A model generated the notes under the pieces. The model saw only the letters and a program-made list of their open reading frames with translations. It had not been told where the DNA came from and searched no databases. Source: Hemiscyllium ocellatum (taxonomy: Eukaryota). Taken from it: a stretch of 64,000 nucleotides of DNA. Below are positions 24,621 through 36,804 of the stretch, piece after piece (within the stretch, counting starts at the first letter, position 1; each line of letters starts with the position of its first letter). Location: positions 11,470,001 through 11,534,000 of the forward strand of contig NC_083428.1 in the NCBI RefSeq assembly GCF_020745735.1. The letters are read 5' to 3'. The translations under genes and the position numbers were made by a program.

Positions 24621-24639
24621 ATGTTTTCATGCTAATTTA

Positions 24640-25350
24640 TTCTTTCATGTGATGTCAGCATTGCTAGATTTATTGTCCATCCTTAACTGTCTCTGGACTA
24701 TTTAGGCCATTTCAGAGGCAGCTAAGAGTCAACCACATTACTGTCTGGATTCCTAACAAAGGAGCTGAGCAAATACTGCTTACACAGTATGCAATCATGG
24801 AATGCAACAATCTGCACATTTTCTTTAATAGATTTAGATTTTATTTTCACGTGTACTCAAATACAGAAGGACAGTGAAAAGTGCATAATGTCTCCACACA
24901 CGGCGCCATCTAGGTACAAAACAATGCTGGTGCAAGTAGTAAGAGAAACAAATTTTAAGAAGTTAAGCATTACCTTCATAGAATAAGTAGAAAAATAAAG
25001 AAATAAGGTATTAGCAACCATCCCTGTGAGTGCCCTTGAATGTTGAATATTCCATTTCTAAAGCATTTTCAGAAGTTTTATTGGACTTTATCATTTATGT
25101 AAATGTGCGATGTTGACCAAACCAGATAAGGGCAACAGATTTCCTTCCCTACAGGACATGAGTGAACAGATGGGCTTTTGTGTCAATTGATGATAGTTTC
25201 ATTTTCCTCTATTACTGGAACCAATTTTCAATTCCAGCTGAATCCAGATTTGACCAGGTGCTGTAATGGGATTTGAACCCACAGATATACTTATATCCAT
25301 ATCAGGAGCACCAGACTAATGACATTAGCACTCTGCTACCATCTTCCCCG
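24640..25350 (-). mobile_element. SINE S2 split by other insertions, including a Rex1-like tail at about 24830-24930
   Basis: AGAGTCAACCACATT, then resuming ACCAGATAAGGGCAACAGATTTCCTTCCCTA. Confidence 0.6.
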
Positions 25351-25379
25351 CGATAAGTACATCACCATGATTTTTTGGA

Positions 25380-27800
25380 CTTCAGCCTAGCTCCATCAGT
25401 GAGTTCTGAAACCATCAATAACTGGGAGATAGCATCACAGCAATTAAGCCAATGGTTTACAGGTCTTTTTACCTTAAACTATAACCCATCACATAATCGG
25501 AAATTTTCTCATACTCCAATTTACTCTTAAAGCTTCCTTTTCAACTGTGATGTAATATTATTCTATCTCAGTGAGAGGTCTTGACATACAGTAGATTGAT
25601 TTACATTTTTCTTCTTTCTGCATGTGACAGTACTGCCATCAATCTTGCTGAAAATCCATAAGATGCTGCTATGGTTGTACGATGCAGAGCATAATATGTT
25701 ACGATTTGTGAAGAGTTCAGAGTTGCTTGATCTTGTCAAAAGCTTTTCCTTGTTGGCATTCCAGCACTGCTATTGACCTTGGCGTATTGCTGTCTTTGAG
25801 GCTCATTAACCTCTGTTCAGTTTGGAAAAAAAAACCTGCCCAATTGACTCACTATCCCAAGATATCTTTGAAATTCCGAGATGTTCCTAGTGATAACAAT
25901 CTGCATTCTGTAGAATTTTCATCATTATTCAAACACTGTAATCATGTTCTTCTTTTGTAGCTCCATGCATCAATATATCATCGACTTGGCATGTTACATT
26001 TGGCAATGCCTTTCAATGTGTTTGACATTCTTCTTTAAATTTTCCGAAGCAGATGCCATACCAAAGGATAATCTGTTAAAATAACAGCAGCCAAAGGTTT
26101 CATAAATACAGTTAACTTTCTGGATCCATCCAGAGGTAATCACTAAAATCCACTGTTATCATCCAGTGAGGTGAATCTTCCATTAGTTTTCAGAGTCTTG
26201 CAGCCACTGAAGTCATGGCACAATGCTCATGTTCCACTGCTGTATTTGATCAAGTTAAATCAACATAAATTCTTATTTTACCGTTTTGTTTTGGTACTGT
26301 AACCGCATCTCATTGGCGTAGTAAATGGTTTTCTAGGCATACACAGTATTTCTTTGTTAGGTTTATCCAAGAATGGGTGTGGCACTTCTCTGGTCTATAA
26401 GCAGATTTTGTATAGCACTGTTCGTGGGTAATGTGGTGCTCTGTCTTTAATTACCCCTAACCTGAGAAAAGATTTGGGAACTCAGTTTGAAACACAGTTC
26501 CTTTGTCTGCATCTTTAATTCCATCAGTTTTATAGATTAATTTCAGTCTTATGAATGCATTCCTGTTCTGAAGGACTTGAAGGATTCCATGATTCTCTTC
26601 CCTGATATGTGAGACTTGCCATGAGTTAGCCTTTTACTTTCAATGATGTTCCTCTAGGATCTTGCAACTTGATTCAGAATGTCTGCAATTTGATCTGTTT
26701 AAGCCACACAAACAGATCCAATAACACCTAAAAGTCAACTCTGATGAAGAGTCATCGACACTTGGAACATTAGCTTGTTCTCTCTCCACAGATGCTGCCT
26801 GACCTGTTGTGGTTTCCACCATTGTTTGGTTTCAACACCTGAATGCCAACCTAGTAACAAGATTCAATTTCATGGGATTTCCATTTGCTTCCAGTTTGAC
26901 ATTCCAGTTTTTATTGTCAGATTTGTTGATTTCTCCTGAAACTATTTTTTTCTCTCATTTTCTAAAGGATTTCCTTTTGCTTCACTGCTGTCTTGCATAT
27001 CGACTGACAGGTTATTTTAAAATGACTCACTTTCCCACAGTTATAACACTGTGCTCTCCCTGCCACCCATTTGTGTGGTTTGTTCCTGCCATAATGAGAA
27101 GATCTCGTTTGCCAATTTTGGCTGCAATTTTCATGCACTTTGTCCCTTGTAGCCTATGAACTGGATCACTTTGCTCAATTCCTTCTACAATGCATCATTT
27201 TATCCATGAAAGAGCATTGCGTCCTGTTTTTGAAGTTCTGTTTGCTAAGTCACCACTTCTTCTGGCATTAAATCCATTTGGCTTGTAAAAGTCTGACAAG
27301 GCCTTATCTGATATTCCAACTACAATCCACAATGCTATACCAGCAATCAAGATTATTCATGAACAAATCTATGCTTTTGCCAAGTCTCTGCTTTCTTCTG
27401 TTCAATTTCATCCACTTCATGGTTAAAATTTCTCTTAAATAAACTTCAAGCATCTTCATACAATGCTATATTCTGATGTTCTGCCTTGCTATCACGGAGT
27501 AATTACTCATCTGGTCCTTCTGACATTTCTTATGTAATCCTAAAGCAATTTTATATCTCTTAAAGTATCTTCCCAACCCTCCCATTTCTGTGCCTATTAT
27601 GTTCCCTGGATTGTCTGAAATGGTTCCTGGGGTGTAACGTTAGCCTCCATGGCTTTGGAGCTGTTCTTTCAAACTTTGTCTGTGTTTGTCCTACAGTATG
27701 TTGTTCTGGTTGGGCATTCACCAGAATCTAGTTTCTAGGTCTGTTCTCCAACTTACTACTGTGCTCGCAATGTCCCCAAATGTCTCAGTCAGTCTTCTAC
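25380..27800 (-). pseudogene. Ty3/gypsy LTR retrotransposon gag-pol relic (gag, RT, RNase H)
   Basis: Frameshifted minus-strand translation: IVVGISDKALS (gag-like); VTVPKQNGK..IYVDLT; FTSLDDNSGF; YFNRLSFGMASASE; VTCQVDDILMHGATKEEHD; SRPLTE.E..Y..VEKEAL. Confidence 0.85.
26735..26835 (+). mobile_element. PLE pLTR fragment (family D-like) with degenerate hammerhead, inserted in the gypsy relic
   Basis: CTGATGAAGAGTC...GGAACATTAG then GATGCTGCCTGACCTG; flanked by AACACCT repeats. Confidence 0.7.
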
Positions 27801-29097
27801 AGCTTTGACTCTTTCTCTTAGAATCATAGAGTTGTACAGTGCAAAAACAGACCCTTTGATCCAACTTGTCCATGACTTGATTGCAGAGTTCACTTTGTGC
27901 TGGCTTTGATGCCTCACTTCACCATCTTTCCGGCCACCGTGTTTTGTTGCATGTATGGGATCTAACTCTATTGAGTCACCCAAAGTAATGTTGCTGAATT
28001 TGATGGAAGTCTTTGCAAGAACACTTTATTTACAGTTTGGTCTATATGCACATTCTCTCAGCTCCCTTCCCTTTCTCTTGGCTTAATCAGTCAACTCTGA
28101 TATCATAACATCATAATGCATTTTAATTATGCATACTTCTGATGATAATCCCATTACTGTACACATTCCACAAAAGGCAGATTAATGATCAGCAAGATTA
28201 ATGCTGCTAAGTGTTGGTTTAATGATTAAACCTTCATTCAATATCTGAGGGCACCTCCACCTCACAGCATCTTCAGAAATGGTTCCAATTCCTTCACATA
28301 TCCAGATTCCGGAAGGTTCCAAGGTTATCTCTGATTATCTCTCTACAGATGTTGCCTGACCTGTATTATGGAACTGAAGTTGACCCCCACTCTGAGAGCA
28401 ATAAACCCAAACAACCAAAATGAGCCTCACCTCGTAATCTGTTTTAAAACAAAGGTGGTTAAATGAAATGAAATCTTTTCACTCACTCTACAATCCAACA
28501 AGTAACAACTTACTTATTTAACTCCAACAGTGAACAAATTAACAGAACCATTTACAAACTGAATAATTCCCCTCTAACTACTAACTATTCTCTAACAAAA
28601 CAAGATCCTAATGGCATGCTGGTCCAATTAAATACAAGTCCCACTTATATAACAAAACAATTGAATTTAGTCTCTCAAAGTCACAGCTAAAATACGTCTT
28701 CCAGAATGCTCTTTGCTCTCTCCACTGAACCTACACCATGAACACCTTTCTTCATTGAAAGGTGTCTGGTGTCTGAAACACCTCTCTGTCCAATTCTTGT
28801 GTCAGGAGTACTAGTTAAGAGTACCATGGTATCTTTTAATGATGTTTAATCAGAGAGCTTAAAGATTTCTGTGAGAACTGGATATTACTCTTCAGATGGA
28901 AGTTCACTCTCACCTTGATTTTCAAAATGCCCTCATCTTTTATATCCTTGATGACCTATTAATTTATTTACAATCGGATTGGCTTTAGGTAGTCAAAACC
29001 ATCAGATTTAAATTTAGTTGGGTTTTGGTATCTAGGGCCTAATTGAAATTAATTGGCTCATGTTCAAGCTGGTTCTCCTAACATCAAAACAAGTCTC

Positions 29098-30135
29098 AGG
29101 TCAAAAGGTGTACTGCTGGAAAAGCACGGCAGGTCAGGCAGCATCCAAGGAGCAGGAGAGCTGATGTTTCAAGCATAAGCCCTTCATCACATTCCTGATT
29201 GATCACACCAATGGAGTGCCACAAGGATCGGTGCTGGGTCCACTACTTTTCATCATTTATATAAATGATTTGGATATGAACATAGGAGGTATGGTAAGGA
29301 AGTTTGCAGATGACACCAAAATTGGAGGTGTAGTAGACAGCGAAGAAGGTTACCCTAGATCACAATGGAATCTTAATCAGACATTTAGTATGCTTTCCTT
29401 CATTGGTCAAAGCATTGAATATAGGAGTCAGGAGTTCATGTTGCGGCTCTACATGACGTTGGCTTGGCCACTTTTGGAATATTGTGTGCAGTTCTAGTTT
29501 CCTTCCTATCGGAAGGATGTTGTGAAACTTGAAAGGATTCCGAAAAGATTTACAAGGATGTTGCCAGAGTTGGAGGATTTGAGCTACAGGGAGAGGCTGA
29601 ACAGGCTGGGGCTGTTTTCCCTGGAGCGTCGGAGGCTGAGGGGTGACCTCATAGAGATTTGTAAATTCATGAGTGGCATGGATAGGATAAATAGACAAGG
29701 TATTTTCTCTGGGCTGGGAGAGTCTAGAGCTAGAGAGCATAGGTTTAGGGTGTGAAGGGGAAAGATATAAAAGGGACCTAAGGGGCAACATTTTCACACA
29801 GAGGGTGGTCCGTCTATGGAATGAGCTGCCAGTGGAAGTGGTGGAGGCTGGTACAATTGCAACATTTAAAAGGCACCTAGATGGGTATGTGAATAAGAAG
29901 GGTTTGGAGGGATATGGGCCAAGTGTTGGCAGGTGGGACTAGATTAGGTTGGGAAAACTGGTCAGCATGGGCATGTTGGATTGAAGGGTCTGTTTCCGTG
30001 CTGTACATCTGTATGACTCTATGGCTGTACGTCAACTCTCCTGGTCCTCAAATGCTGCCTGATCTACTGTGCTTTTCCAGCGCTGCACTTTTCGACTCTG
30101 ACTCTCCAGCATCTGCAGTCCTCACTTTATCCTAG
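29098..30135. mobile_element. Family A palindrome split by a HER1 insertion
   Basis: Left arm 29100-29189, then ATTCCTGAT, then CR1, right arm resumes ACGTCAAC at about 30028; ATCAAAACAAG duplicated on both flanks. Confidence 0.85.
29205..30025 (+). mobile_element. HER1/CR1 LINE 3' part
   Basis: [31 protein letters not shown] and RFTRMLP; CR1 tail. Confidence 0.95.
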
Positions 30136-32089
30136 TTGATCAAAACAAGCCTAGGTTGCGAACTACACAACCAATATATGTTTCAATTTCAGAACTTTCT
30201 GTGAATCTACAGCTGCTTGCAGTTTTTTTTTGTTTAAATCTCTAAACTTTTATAAACACATCACCTCTTAAAGGGACGGCACACTCTTCCCCTCTATCAT
30301 TTTTACAAACAAATTTGAACTTCCTGCCTTCCAATTCACAAATACTGTGCATAGCTTCACAACACCTGCTAAGTATTAGCAGTGTTTTCTGAATACAAAA
30401 TGTCTTCCAATGCTTGGTGTTTGGTTTACAGGACCAAAATCTCCACCTTCATTTACTTTAATGGATAGATTAAGAGGTGCTGGACTGTCATCAGAAAGCT
30501 CTAATCAACTGATCCAGTGCTGCCTATCATCTCTATTCCTCCGTAAAACCTGATTAGCAGCCAGAGGGCAAAAGAACCCAGTCTTTGCTCATTAGCGTCA
30601 CATTCACAACATTTATAAGGAACTCTTGCAGCTTTATACAGCAGTCCAACCAAGCTGAAATGTGTATGCTTTACTCTGGTGACATTGGGGGCAGATGTTT
30701 TTAATAGAGCACCAGATATGGGAGATGATGACCTGTGCGTGAGGGCATGTGCCTGATTTTCATTTTTAAAATGAATTGTCAGCATATGAGTGTCACTAAC
30801 GTTTATAGTCCATCACCTGAATTCCTCAGATGTTAGTGGGCTATTATTTCTTGAGCCACCGACAGTGTTTGATATTATTCAGTGTCTGCTTGGCACTTTA
30901 GAGGGCAGTTACGATGGTGCAGGTCTAAAGTCACATTTAGGCATTTGTATGTAATAATGGTGTATTTCCTAGTTAGGTTTGAATGCCAACTGATAACAGA
31001 CCTTCATTTGAACTGAACACAAATGCCCTGGTCACATTTGAACTCATATCTTCTGGAATACTAGTCTAGTAATAAAGCCATCGCATTGCACAGTGAATAG
31101 AAAATCAGAGGAAAGTCATCATCCATGTTCAATCTCCTCTGTAGATTTTTATGATGACTCCCTGATGATCCTCTAAGTCTAGCAGCTATAAAGAGGACGT
31201 TCTGCTCCAGTTAGTTAAAGCACATGGGGAAGTGATAGCGTAGTGGTAAAGGCACTGGGCTAGTAATCCAAAAAATGTGCTGAGGCATTGGGTTCAAATT
31301 ACACCATGGCATATAATGTAATGGAATTCAAATAGAAATGGGAATTGAAAGCTAGACTCATCGTACAATGGAGAGAAACTGGAGGAGCCACCCCACATCA
31401 ATCTTGGCACAGGAAATGAAAAGAGCAAACATAACTCTGTTCACACTGCAACATATGGGGTTTGTGCCAAAATTGGGAGAGGTGACCCACAAACTAGTTA
31501 TGCAACAGCCTGCCATAGTCACACTCATGGAACCATACCTTACCGTCGAAACCCTGGACACCACCATCACCATCCCTGGATACGCCCTATATCAAAGGAG
31601 TGTTGAAATAGTCATTTACAGTTGGAAAGGAGCTGCAGTGGGTGTTTTCAATAGTGATTCTGGACCCCGAGAGATTTTATGGCATCAGATCAAACATGGG
31701 CAAGGAAATCTCCATTGAATAAAATCTACTGCGTCACCTTATCTTGGCTGATTAATAAGTATTCCTTCATGTTGAACACCATTTGGAAGAAGCACTGACA
31801 GTGGTCAGGGCAGAGAATGTATTCTGGGTAGTGGACATCTCTGTGGCTCTTAGGAGTCATAAAGAACATAACTGCTGAACTGGGTCTATAGCAGATGGTG
31901 AGGGAACCAAAGAAAAGGGAAAAAAAAAACATACTTGATCTCATCCTCATTAATCTGCCGACAGCAGATGCATCTAACCATGGCAGTATTGGTAAGAGTG
32001 ACCACTGCACAGCCATTGAGGACAGTGAGGATACCCTCCACATTGTTATGTTGAGTTATCACTGTGTTAAGTGGAATAGACTTCAAACA

Positions 32090-32765
32090 TAGAGTTATAG
32101 AGTCCTAGTGAAATAAAGCACACGAAACAGACCCTTCAGTCTAGCTCATCCATGCCAACCAGATATTCTCGGTTAATTTAATTCTATTTGCCAGCATTTA
32201 GCCCAGAGCCCTCTAAATCCTTCCTATTCATATATCCGTCCAGACACCTTTTAAATATTGTGATTGCACCATCCTCCACCACATCTTCTGGCAGCTCATT
32301 CAGCACATGCACCATCCTCTGTGTGAAAAAGTTGCCCCTCAGGTTTCTTTTAAATCTTTCCTTTATCTTAAATCTATGCCCTCTAAATTGGATTCCCTAC
32401 CCTGGGGAAAAAAGTCTTGACTACTCAGCCTATCCATGCCCCTCATGATTTTATAAATCTCTATAAGATCACTCCTCAGCCTCTGAAGCTCCAGAGAAAA
32501 TAGCCCCAGCCTATTCAGCCTCTCTCTTTAATTCAAACCCTCCAACTCTGGCAATATCCTTGTGAATCTTTTCTGAACCCTTTCAAATTTCACAACATCT
32601 TTCCTATCGCAGGGAGACCAGAAGTGAACGTAGTATTCCAGAAGTGGCCTAACCAATGTCATGTATAGCCAAAACATGTCCACCCAGCTCCTATATTCAA
32701 TGCACCGACCAATAAAGGCAAGCATACCAACTGCCTTCTTCCTTACCCTGTCTACTTGCAACTTC
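32090..32765 (-). mobile_element. HER1/CR1 LINE 3' end nested in LINE-B
   Basis: LY.TLVRPLLEY.V.FWSP...ERVQKRFTRILP. Confidence 0.92.
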
Positions 32766-33700
32766 ACCCTCAAGCAACTGTGAACCATGAGCCACTGTGT
32801 GCTATTAGCAGCAACAGAATGATATTCAAATACTATTTGTTTTGTTTTTGTATGGCATGTCCCCACTTTGCCATGCCCATCAAAGCAAAGAGATCTGCTC
32901 TGGTTCAATGGAGAGTGCAGGACAGCATGTCAGGAGCAGCATCAGGCATACCCAAAATATAGGTGTCAACTTGGTGAAGCTACAAAACAAGACTATTTTC
33001 GTGCCAAACAGTGAAAGCAGCAACTATTAGACAGTTAAGCATACCCATAACCAATGGATCACATCTAAACTCCACAGAATCGCCACATCCAGTCATAAAT
33101 GGTGGTTGGCTGTTAGACAACTCATTAGAGGAGGGGATTCCACAAATATCCCATCCTCGATGATGCGTGAACCTAGCACATCGACATAAGAGATAAGGCT
33201 GAAGCATTTGAACTATCACTGTGTTAAGTGCAATAGACTTCGAACATAGAGTTATAGTGAAGTAAAGCACACAAAACAGACCTTTCAGTCCAGTTCATCC
33301 ATGCCAACCAGATATTTTGAAGAGGTCTCAGCCACAATGGCCAATTGGATGATTCATCTTGACCCCTTCAGAGGTCCCCAGCATCAGAGATACCAAATTT
33401 CAGCCAATTCAATTCACTCCATGTGATACCAAGGAACAGTTAGAGACACTGGATACAGCAAAGTTGATGTGCTCTGACAACATCCATCAAAAACTCTGAA
33501 GAGCATTTTCCAGAACCTGCTGATAGACAATCTGTTCCAGTACAGTGACAACATGGGCATCTACTTCATAACGTAAAAGATTACACAGGTATGTCCTGTC
33601 CACAAAAAGCAGGAAAAATCCAACTCGGTCAATTACCAAACCAAAGAGAAAATGCTGGAAAAGCTCAGCAGGTCTGGCAGCATCTATAAGGAGAGAAAAG

Positions 33701-33739
33701 AGCTGACGTTTCGAGGCTAACTGACCCTTTGTCAAAGCT
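33701..33739 (-). ncRNA. Hammerhead motif, U3-A8 variant
   Basis: AGCT-TTGACAA-A-GGGTC-AGTTA-GCCTC-GAAA-CGTC-AGCT. Confidence 0.7.
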
Positions 33740-33774
33740 TTGACAAAGGGTCAGTTAGATTCGAAATGTCAGCT
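33736..33774 (+). ncRNA. Hammerhead motif, U3-A8 variant
   Basis: AGCT-TTGACAA-A-GGGTC-AGTTA-GATTC-GAAA-TGTC-AGCT. Confidence 0.7.
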
Positions 33775-34811
33775 CTTTTCTCTCCTTACAGATGCTGCCA
33801 GAGCTGCTGAGATTTTCCAGCATTTTCTCTTTTGGTTTCAGATTCCAGCATCCGCAGTAATTTGCTTTTATCCAATTACCAACCCATATATCTACTCTCA
33901 ATCATCACTAAAGTGATGGAAGATGTATTCAACAGTGCTCAGCAATCACCTGCTCAGAGAAGCCCAGTTTGATTTCTGCCTGGACCAATCTGCTCCTGAC
34001 CGTGTTAGAGCCTTGGTTCAAACACAGATTAAAAAGCTAAATTCTAGAGGTGAGATGAGAGTTACTACCCTTGACATCAAGATCATATCTGTCAAATGTG
34101 ACACTAAGCCCTACCAAAATGGGAGTTAAGGGGAATTGGGGAAAGCTCTCTGCTGGCTTAAATCATTCCTGGCAAAGAGGAAGATGGTTGTGGTTGTTGG
34201 AGGTCAGTCATCTCAGCCCCAGGATGTCTCTACATGACTACATCAGGGGAGTGTGCTGGACCCAATCATTTTCAGCTTCTTCATCAACAACCTTCCCCAC
34301 ATGATATGATCTGAAGTGGAGATGTTTGCCAATGATTATACAATATGCAGCACCGTTTGTGACTCCACACACAAAGAAGCGATCCAAATGGAGCATTACC
34401 TGGTCAATATCCAGATTTGGGCTGACAGATGGCAGATAACGTTCACGCCACACAAATACCAGGAAATGAGCAGCTCCTACCAGAGAAAATCTAATCAGTC
34501 ATGACATTCAAATGACATTACCATCAGTGAATCCCACATTAACGACATACTGGGGTTACCATTGACCAGAAAATGAACTGGACTCATCATATAAATACAG
34601 CAGCTACAAGAGTGGTTCAAGGATGAGGAAGCGCGTAACTCATCTCCTGACTCCCCAAAGCTGGTCCACCATCTACAAAACACAAGTCAGGAATATGGTA
34701 GCATACTTCCCACTTGTCTAGATGAGTGTAACTCGAAAAAACTTAAGAAACTTAACACCAGCCAGGAGAAGGAGCCCACTTGATTGGCATCACATCCACA
34801 AATATCCACTT

Positions 34812-35462
34812 CTTTCACAGATGCACCATTGAAAGCATACTGTCAGGGTGCATAACAGGTGAAAGTGAGGACTGCAATGCTGGAGATCAGAGTCAAGATT
34901 AGAATGGTGCTGGAAAAGCACAGCAAGTCAGGCAGCATCTGAGGAGCAGGAAAATTGACGCTTCGGACAAAAGCCCTTCATCAGGAATAAAGGTGCATAA
35001 CAGCCTGGTGTGGCAACTGCTCTGCCCAGGGCTGTAAGAAACTACAGAAGGTGGTGTGCACACCCATCACAAATGCCAACCTTCCATCCATGGACTCTAT
35101 TTACATGGCTCACTGCCGCTGAAAGGCCGTCAACATCATCAAAGACCATCGCATCCCGGTAATGTTCTCCGATAACCTCCTCCGTCAAGCAGAAGATCCG
35201 GAAGCCTGTACACATGCATCAGCAGATTCAGGAACAGCTTCTTCCTGGCCATTATTAGACTGATGAATGGCCTCTCTAACTTCAAATAATGCTAATCTTC
35301 CTAACGTTGATCTTGCCTAGCATACGTCCTGTGTGACTTAACCCATATGCCTTTTTTCAGCCTATGTTCTGTATGCCCTTGCTTACTATGACCTACCTGT
35401 ACTACTCATAAACAAAGCTTTTTACTATACTTCGTACACGTGACAATAAATAAATCAAATCA
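34812..35462 (+). mobile_element. Rex1/Babar-type LINE 3' end nested in LINE-B
   Basis: RCTIESILSGCITAW.GNCSAQ..KKLQKVV...RFRNSFF.AIIRLMN; tail GTACACGTGACAATAAA. Confidence 0.85.
34859..34991 (-). mobile_element. Single-arm family A unit with hammerhead (GAAA mutated to GAAG)
   Basis: 12-bp TSD GGTGCATAACAG at 34847-34858 and 34992-35003. Confidence 0.9.
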
Positions 35463-35964
35463 TCAAATCCTTACTTTACCTACGCTTAGTAGCAATAGTG
35501 TCCTCCCTTCAACATGCACTGCAAACATTCACCAAAGTTCCTTAGACAGCACCTTCCAAACCCATGACCATTTCCATCTGGAAGGACAAACACAGCAGAT
35601 ACCTGGGAACACCACCACCTGCAAACTCCCCTCCAAGCTACTCACCATCCTGACTTGGAAATATATCAGCATTCCTTCACTGTCACTGGGTCAAAATCCT
35701 GACGTTCCCTCCCTAACAGCACTGTGGGTCAACCTACAGCACATGAATTGCAACAGTTCAAGAAGGTAGCTCACTGACACTTTGACAAAGGCAGCTAGGA
35801 ATGGAAAATAAATGCTAGCCCAGGTAGTAATGTTCACACCACTTGAGTGAATAAAAATAAATAATATTAAATTTATTAAGCGTTTGTGGTGTGGATGTTT
35901 AACATTTCAGCTTTGTATTTTCTCCTTCTGCATGTGAACAGTATTGTGTTCCTAAACTGTGTGT

Positions 35965-36500
35965 CCAATCGAAACTGCTAGCCTCAGAGTCAAAATGTTG
36001 TTGATTCAATATCCACTTCTCAACTTAAGGGTACAATCCAGTCACTTTAATACTGAGGGACTATTGCACTGATGGAGTCCCACCTCTTCAATCACATAAT
36101 ATCTGAATTCATAAAAGCAAAATGCTGATGGTGCTGGAGATGTAAAATAAAACAGAAAAGTTAGGAGAAATTCTGCAAGTCTGTGGAGGGAGAAACAGAG
36201 AACATTTTCAGTTTGATTTTCTTCAAAACTCCATGCCCTGCTCATTGTTAGACACAAAAGGTACAAATGATCTATCACATGGTTTCAAAAGAGAAGGTGG
36301 AACCTTCCACTCCAGTAGCCGGGACAATATACATCCTCGACCAGCACGTATATCTCCGAGACTAGGTGGTCATTTATCTCATTCCTGTTTGTGGGACCAT
36401 GTCCAATATTGTAACTGTGGCTGGATTAAACAAAAGTATTTTTTTGTGTTGTAAAGCACATTGGAGCATCCCAAGACTGTCAAAGGTGCTATAAAAATTC
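35965..36500 (+). mobile_element. Deu-domain SINE with a nested family D fragment (about 36110-36225, -)
   Basis: TACTGAGGGA...GCACTG body; tail TGTAAAGCACATTGG...AAAGGTGCTATA. Confidence 0.6.
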
Positions 36501-36804
36501 AGTGTTGAGGTGGCAGACTCAGAAGATATAATATTCACAATGAATTTTATTGAGCCTGCATTAGTCTTGGGCACAGCGAACTACTGGCACAAGTGTCACC
36601 TCGAAGCTGCTGTGTTATTCTCTGTGTGTCAGTGCTGGAGGGCATCTCCCAACATGAAAGCCTGGCTGCCTGAACCTGGGATTGTAGGCATCTGTAAAGT
36701 GCCTAAAGGCTTGGTCCTCTGTGATTTTCTAGCCAAGTCAATAATCTTAATGCGTTTTGAAAAAAAAAGCTCTCAAAATGTTCATGTCTTGCTGGGTCAT
36801 TAGT

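Larger units (their letters stand above)
28364..30364. mobile_element. Putative solo LTR (about 0.96 kb after removing nested inserts)
   Basis: Termini TATTATG...CACAACA; 4-bp TSD CCTG at 28360-28363 and 30365-30368; splits a family D fragment (GCCTGACCTG|CTAAGTATT). Confidence 0.6.
33640..33872. mobile_element. Palindromic PLE-derived unit (family D-related) with U3-A8 hammerhead variants
   Basis: Arms of about 98 bp around TCAAAGCTTTGA; 10-bp TSD CAATTACCAA at 33630-33639 and 33873-33882. Confidence 0.9.
31226..35860 (+). mobile_element. Near full-length CR1/L2-group LINE (LINE-B) with tRNA-like head; decayed, with several nested insertions
   Basis: A box 31236-31246 and B box about 31291-31301; AP-endonuclease-like GFVPKLGE..H.LV.QQP.IV, LDLILIN.P and SDH; RT-like TLDIK and MFAND; LINE-B tail at 35750-35860. 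Confidence 0.85.
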
